DNA from: an uncultured Candidatus Saccharibacteria bacterium
GTDB lineage: Bacteria > Patescibacteriota > Minisyncoccia > Phycocordibacterales > PALSA-1337
Assembly (NCBI GenBank): GCA_964555555.1
Contig: CAZKSQ010000002.1
Coordinates: 1 to 34,899, forward strand
Reading direction: 5' to 3'
Length of the DNA stretch: 34,899 nucleotides
In this document: one piece after another, positions 31,905 through 34,899 of the stretch
How positions within the stretch are numbered: the stretch's first letter is position 1
How the letters are laid out: every line of letters starts with the position of its first letter
Notes under the pieces: model-generated
The model's database searches: none
The model's input: the letters and a program-made list of their open reading frames with translations, nothing else
Told to the model about the DNA's origin: nothing
Translations under genes and position numbers: made by a program

Positions 31905-32846
31905 ATGATAAAAAAATATGATGTACACAATGTTCGCCCGGTGCGCCTGTCGAAGCAGTCGGAGAAATTCAACGTCAACAAGCGCCGCAGGAATGTGGGC
32001 TTGGCAATGTTGTTCTTTATAGGTTCCATCTCTTGGGGGTATGACATCTCACGCTTGTCCTACGCTAGTGCATTCACCATCAGTACTATAAAAGTCGTGG
32101 GCGCTGACAGCGATATAACTCCACATCTCATGGCTGTGGCATACTCGTCAATAGAGGGGGACTTTTACGGTCTGTTTCCGAAGTCGAATGCTCTCTTGTA
32201 TCCGAAATCATCGGTTTTGAATGCATTGAAAAAAGCTTCGCCTAGGATCGATAGTGTGGCGGTTGGACTCGACGGTTTTCAAGGCTTGAAGGTGACCATA
32301 AAAGAAAAAGCGCCAGCAGCTATAGTCTGTGCGAGCCTGCCGAATGTCGGCGCTTCCCAAAACGATAATAGCGGAAATTGCTATTTTTCTGATGATACAG
32401 GCACTCTATATATGTACGCGCCTTCATTTTCTAGCGATATGTATAACTGCTATTTTATTCCTGATCTGGATGACAATAGTACGGACCAGGATGATACGGG
32501 CAAATCGGCCGTAGCGTCTACGACCTTCTCGGTCTTGCAAAATTTTTATGAGGGCGTAAAGAAAGACAATTTGGATCCCTCAGGCATTCTCATAAAAGGC
32601 GGAGGAGAATATGAGCTATATATAGCGAATCCAACCTCGGGACTGCCGGCGGATGCGAATGCGACTTCGACGGACACGGCCGTGGTTTATTTCAACGAAC
32701 AAAACGGCTTTGATAACGAGCTTTCAAATCTGATCGCCTTCTGGGCGCATATGACGGACGGTGCTAGAAGCAAGAAGCAGGCATTGAACTTCGACACTAT
32801 CGACTTGCGCTATGGCTCGAATGTTTTCTACCGAATATCGCAATGA
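31905..32846 (+). CDS. FtsQ/DivIB-like cell-division protein (TM helix plus POTRA)
   Basis: Basic N-terminus, single TM helix (GLAMLFFIGSISWGY), then FTISTIKVVGADSDITPHL...LKVTIKEKAPAAIV, typical of POTRA. Confidence 0.55.
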   Translation: MIKKYDVHNVRPVRLSKQSEKFNVNKRRRNVGLAMLFFIGSISWGYDISRLSYASAFTISTIKVVGADSDITPHLMAVAYSSIEGDFYGLFPKSNALLYPKSSVLNALKKASPRIDSVAVGLDGFQGLKVTIKEKAPAAIVCASLPNVGASQNDNSGNCYFSDDTGTLYMYAPSFSSDMYNCYFIPDLDDNSTDQDDTGKSAVASTTFSVLQNFYEGVKKDNLDPSGILIKGGGEYELYIANPTSGLPADANATSTDTAVVYFNEQNGFDNELSNLIAFWAHMTDGARSKKQALNFDTIDLRYGSNVFYRISQ

Positions 32847-33727
32847 AGCATTTTTTCTATATTTTATTTGGCGGACTCGTGGTGGTGATTGTTTTTTTTG
32901 GCATATACAGCGTATTGCCGCATATAAGCATGCCATCACTCGATAATTTCAAGACATATATGCGCTTTACTGCGAATGACGAGGAAGATATGGTGACGAA
33001 TGCGAACATAACGCTTTCCAAAACTTCTGGCGATGACATAACGGCAAATGCTTATATTGTAAAAAACCTGACGACGAAGCAGACGATCTATGGCCATGGC
33101 CAAGATACAATGGTTCCTATAGCTTCGCTTACCAAGCTATTTACCGCAGCCGTAGCGAAGAATCTAATCGCTGATGACCAGAAGATAACTATCACGCAAA
33201 ACATCATTAGTACTTACGGCAATACAGCACAACTGCGTGCGGGTGAGACAATACTCTCGGGTGATCTCTACTATCCGCTTTTAATGGTTTCGTCAAATGA
33301 TGCGGCGGAAGCCTTCGCGCAAAGCTATGGCAGGCAAAAATTCATTGCGGCGATGAATGACTTCGCGCAATCGATCGGCGCATATCAGAGCTATTTTGCA
33401 GACGCATCTGGCCTTTCGCCGGATAACCGCTCGACAGCGACGGACATGGCTATCATCCTGGACTGGATACGCAAGAATGATCCGGAGCTTCTGGATATCA
33501 TGCATACGAAGTCGATGACTGTGCGCAACCATACCTGGGTTAACCCATCTCATTTCTTGAATTGGTCGAACTATGTCGGAGGCAAGAATGGCTATACGCC
33601 GGAAGCGGGACTGACAGGCTCGGAAATATTTACCTTTGGCGCGAATAAAGATGTGTATGCGGTGGTGGTGCTGGGTAGCGAGGCGAGAGATAACGATGTG
33701 GTCAAATTGCTTGCAAAGATCAAGTAA
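32843..33727 (+). CDS. D-alanyl-D-alanine carboxypeptidase (S11, PBP5-like)
   Basis: SLTK (SxxK), SSND (SxN) and GKNGYT (KTG-like). N-terminal TM or signal sequence. ATGA overlap with the upstream gene. Confidence 0.8.
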   Translation: MKHFFYILFGGLVVVIVFFGIYSVLPHISMPSLDNFKTYMRFTANDEEDMVTNANITLSKTSGDDITANAYIVKNLTTKQTIYGHGQDTMVPIASLTKLFTAAVAKNLIADDQKITITQNIISTYGNTAQLRAGETILSGDLYYPLLMVSSNDAAEAFAQSYGRQKFIAAMNDFAQSIGAYQSYFADASGLSPDNRSTATDMAIILDWIRKNDPELLDIMHTKSMTVRNHTWVNPSHFLNWSNYVGGKNGYTPEAGLTGSEIFTFGANKDVYAVVVLGSEARDNDVVKLLAKIK

Positions 33728-33734
33728 TCACGGC

Positions 33735-33774
33735 GGTCCCGAGAGCAAGGCAGCGCTGCCTTGCTCTCGGGACC
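33735..33774. repeat. 40-nt perfect GC-rich palindrome
   Basis: GGTCCCGAGAGCAAGGCAGC | GCTGCCTTGCTCTCGGGACC. It starts 8 nt after the carboxypeptidase stop. No T-run follows. Confidence 0.9.
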
Positions 33775-33836
33775 TAGTAACTCTCGATTCCTTGACAGGT
33801 TGATTGTTGTGGGATTCTCTGTAAACTAAGAGAATT

Positions 33837-34899
33837 GTGGCCAAGAAAGCGAAAAAAGCGAAGAATTTCTGGCAAGTATTGCCCAAGCCATTTTTTGTGC
33901 TGGCGCCGATGGCGAATGTGACGGATTGCGTCTTCAGGAAGATAATAGCGAAATATGGCAAACCGGATGTGATCTGGACGGAATTCGTTTCGGCGGATGG
34001 CTTGGTTTCCGATGGCAAGAAAAGGCTGATGATAGACCTGAAATATTCGCCGAAAGAAAGGCCGATAGTGGCGCAGCTATTCACTGGCCATCCAGAGGCG
34101 ATGAGGAAGACGGCCAAGCTAGTGAAAGAGCTCAAATTCGACGGACTGGACATCAATATGGGCTGCCCGGATCGCTCGGTAGAAAAACAGGGCGGGGGAG
34201 CAGCGATGATCAAGAGCCATAGGAATTCGATCGCGGTGATCGAAGCGGCAAGAGAGGGCGTTGGAAGCATCCCTGTTTCCGTGAAGACGAGGCTGGGGTA
34301 TAACAAGGTGGATTGGGATTGGATAAAGATGCTTCTAGAGCAGAAGCTTTCTGCGCTTACGGTTCATTTGAGGACAAGGAAGGAGATGTCGGACATCTCC
34401 GCTCACTGGGAATTGATGCTGGAGATCGTTAGATTGAGGAATGAAATCAGTCCGGAAACGCTGATCATCGGCAATGGCGACGTCAAATCTCTGGCAGAAG
34501 CGGCAATGAAGTGCAAGGAATATGGCTGTGACGGCGTAATGATAGGCCGCGGAATCTTCGGCACGCCCTGGTTCTTCGAGGATGTGTCGAAGGCAAGAAG
34601 CGGCAAGAATTTTACCGCAAGGCAAAGAATACCCGCAGAAAGATTGAAAATCCTATTGGAGCACACGAAACTCTTTGAGAAGACCATGAAGGAGAAACTC
34701 AACCCGCGCAAGGGGTACGTCGTGGTTGAGGACGGGAAGCCGATGGCCAATCCGCCGGCGTTCACTCCCGAGAACATCGCGCGCGTCGAAGCGACCAACC
34801 GGCACAATGACTACCGGCCGATGCTGCTCAACTCAATCACCGACCCGGAGCCGTACCTCCGGGATCCGGCTTGGCTGCTCCAGCGGAAGGAGGATGGCG
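33837..34899 (+). CDS. tRNA-dihydrouridine synthase (Dus family); the ORF stays open to the window end and its 3' part is compositionally foreign
   Basis: Not in the ORF track because it has no stop. My translation from GTG 33837: VAKKAKKAKNFWQVLPKPFFVLAPMANVTDCVFRKII...FDGLDINMGCPDRSVEKQGGGAAM...GCDGVMIGRGIFGTPWFF. Dus-like sequence stops at about 34690. Confidence 0.75.
   Translation, partial: MAKKAKKAKNFWQVLPKPFFVLAPMANVTDCVFRKIIAKYGKPDVIWTEFVSADGLVSDGKKRLMIDLKYSPKERPIVAQLFTGHPEAMRKTAKLVKELKFDGLDINMGCPDRSVEKQGGGAAMIKSHRNSIAVIEAAREGVGSIPVSVKTRLGYNKVDWDWIKMLLEQKLSALTVHLRTRKEMSDISAHWELMLEIVRLRNEISPETLIIGNGDVKSLAEAAMKCKEYGCDGVMIGRGIFGTPWFFEDVSKARSGKNFTARQRIPAERLKILLEHTKLFEKTMKEKLNPRKGYVVVEDGKPMANPPAFTPENIARVEATNRHNDYRPMLLNSITDPEPYLRDPAWLLQRKEDG
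34743..34899 (+). CDS. possible 5' end of an ATP-dependent ligase-like (nucleotidyltransferase) gene, truncated by the window
   Basis: MANPPAFTPENIARVEATNRHNDYRPMLLNSITDPEPYLRDPAWLLQRKEDG. PML...W...KxDG resembles the approach to ligase motif I. The third codon position is very GC-rich in this frame. GAGGA lies upstream of the ATG. Confidence 0.3.
   Translation, partial: MANPPAFTPENIARVEATNRHNDYRPMLLNSITDPEPYLRDPAWLLQRKEDG

Noticed and set aside
33728-34306. 192-aa minus-strand ORF, plus other long antisense ORFs (for example 30556-31074, 25334-25990, 28178-28711, 5239-5631, 4084-4389)
   Set aside because: All lie antisense to ORFs with clear family signatures (Dus, SerS, the methyltransferase-fold gene, cysteine desulfurase, ValRS, the GY-rich protein). 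They have low-complexity or motif-free translations.

Overview
This 34.9-kb window is gene-dense, with about 34 CDS on both strands. By eye it is moderately AT-rich with obvious compositional mosaicism. I recognised no rRNA, tRNA, CRISPR array, transposase or integrase.

Housekeeping genes: valS, serS, dprA, a class-V cysteine desulfurase, a Dus-family tRNA-dihydrouridine synthase, an FtsQ-like protein, a D-Ala-D-Ala carboxypeptidase, an M16 peptidase, a Nudix hydrolase and methyltransferases.

Accessory genes interleaved with them: an HTH-Fic protein, an ATP-grasp ligase divergent from a secreted Gly/Tyr-rich protein, dockerin-like and GW-repeat surface proteins, a HAF-repeat lipase-like protein, tandem small membrane proteins, a duplicated zinc-ribbon protein and an orphan histidine kinase.

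The gene content (short ValRS, DUF4446, odd surface proteins, few biosynthetic genes) fits a small-genome uncultivated bacterium, possibly CPR/Patescibacteria-like. That placement is inference only.

Most notable observations:
1. Two covarying, perfectly paired long-hairpin elements of about 120 nt, with conserved loop ends, precisely bracket dprA.
2. A compact operon (SDR, chorismate mutase, PaaK-like adenylating enzyme, ThiF/E1-like enzyme, double nitroreductase) sits directly after an M16 peptidase and a separately terminated 24-codon acidic ORF. It may be a peptide- or aromatic-acid-modifying cluster that matches no class I know.
3. A recurrent TGn-plus-minus-10 hexamer lies 6-7 nt before ATG starts, implying leaderless mRNAs.
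4. Unannotated protein modules are shared between neighbouring secreted proteins.
5. GC content and codon usage jump abruptly in the last ~200 nt, where the Dus ORF runs in frame into a ligase-like KxDG sequence.
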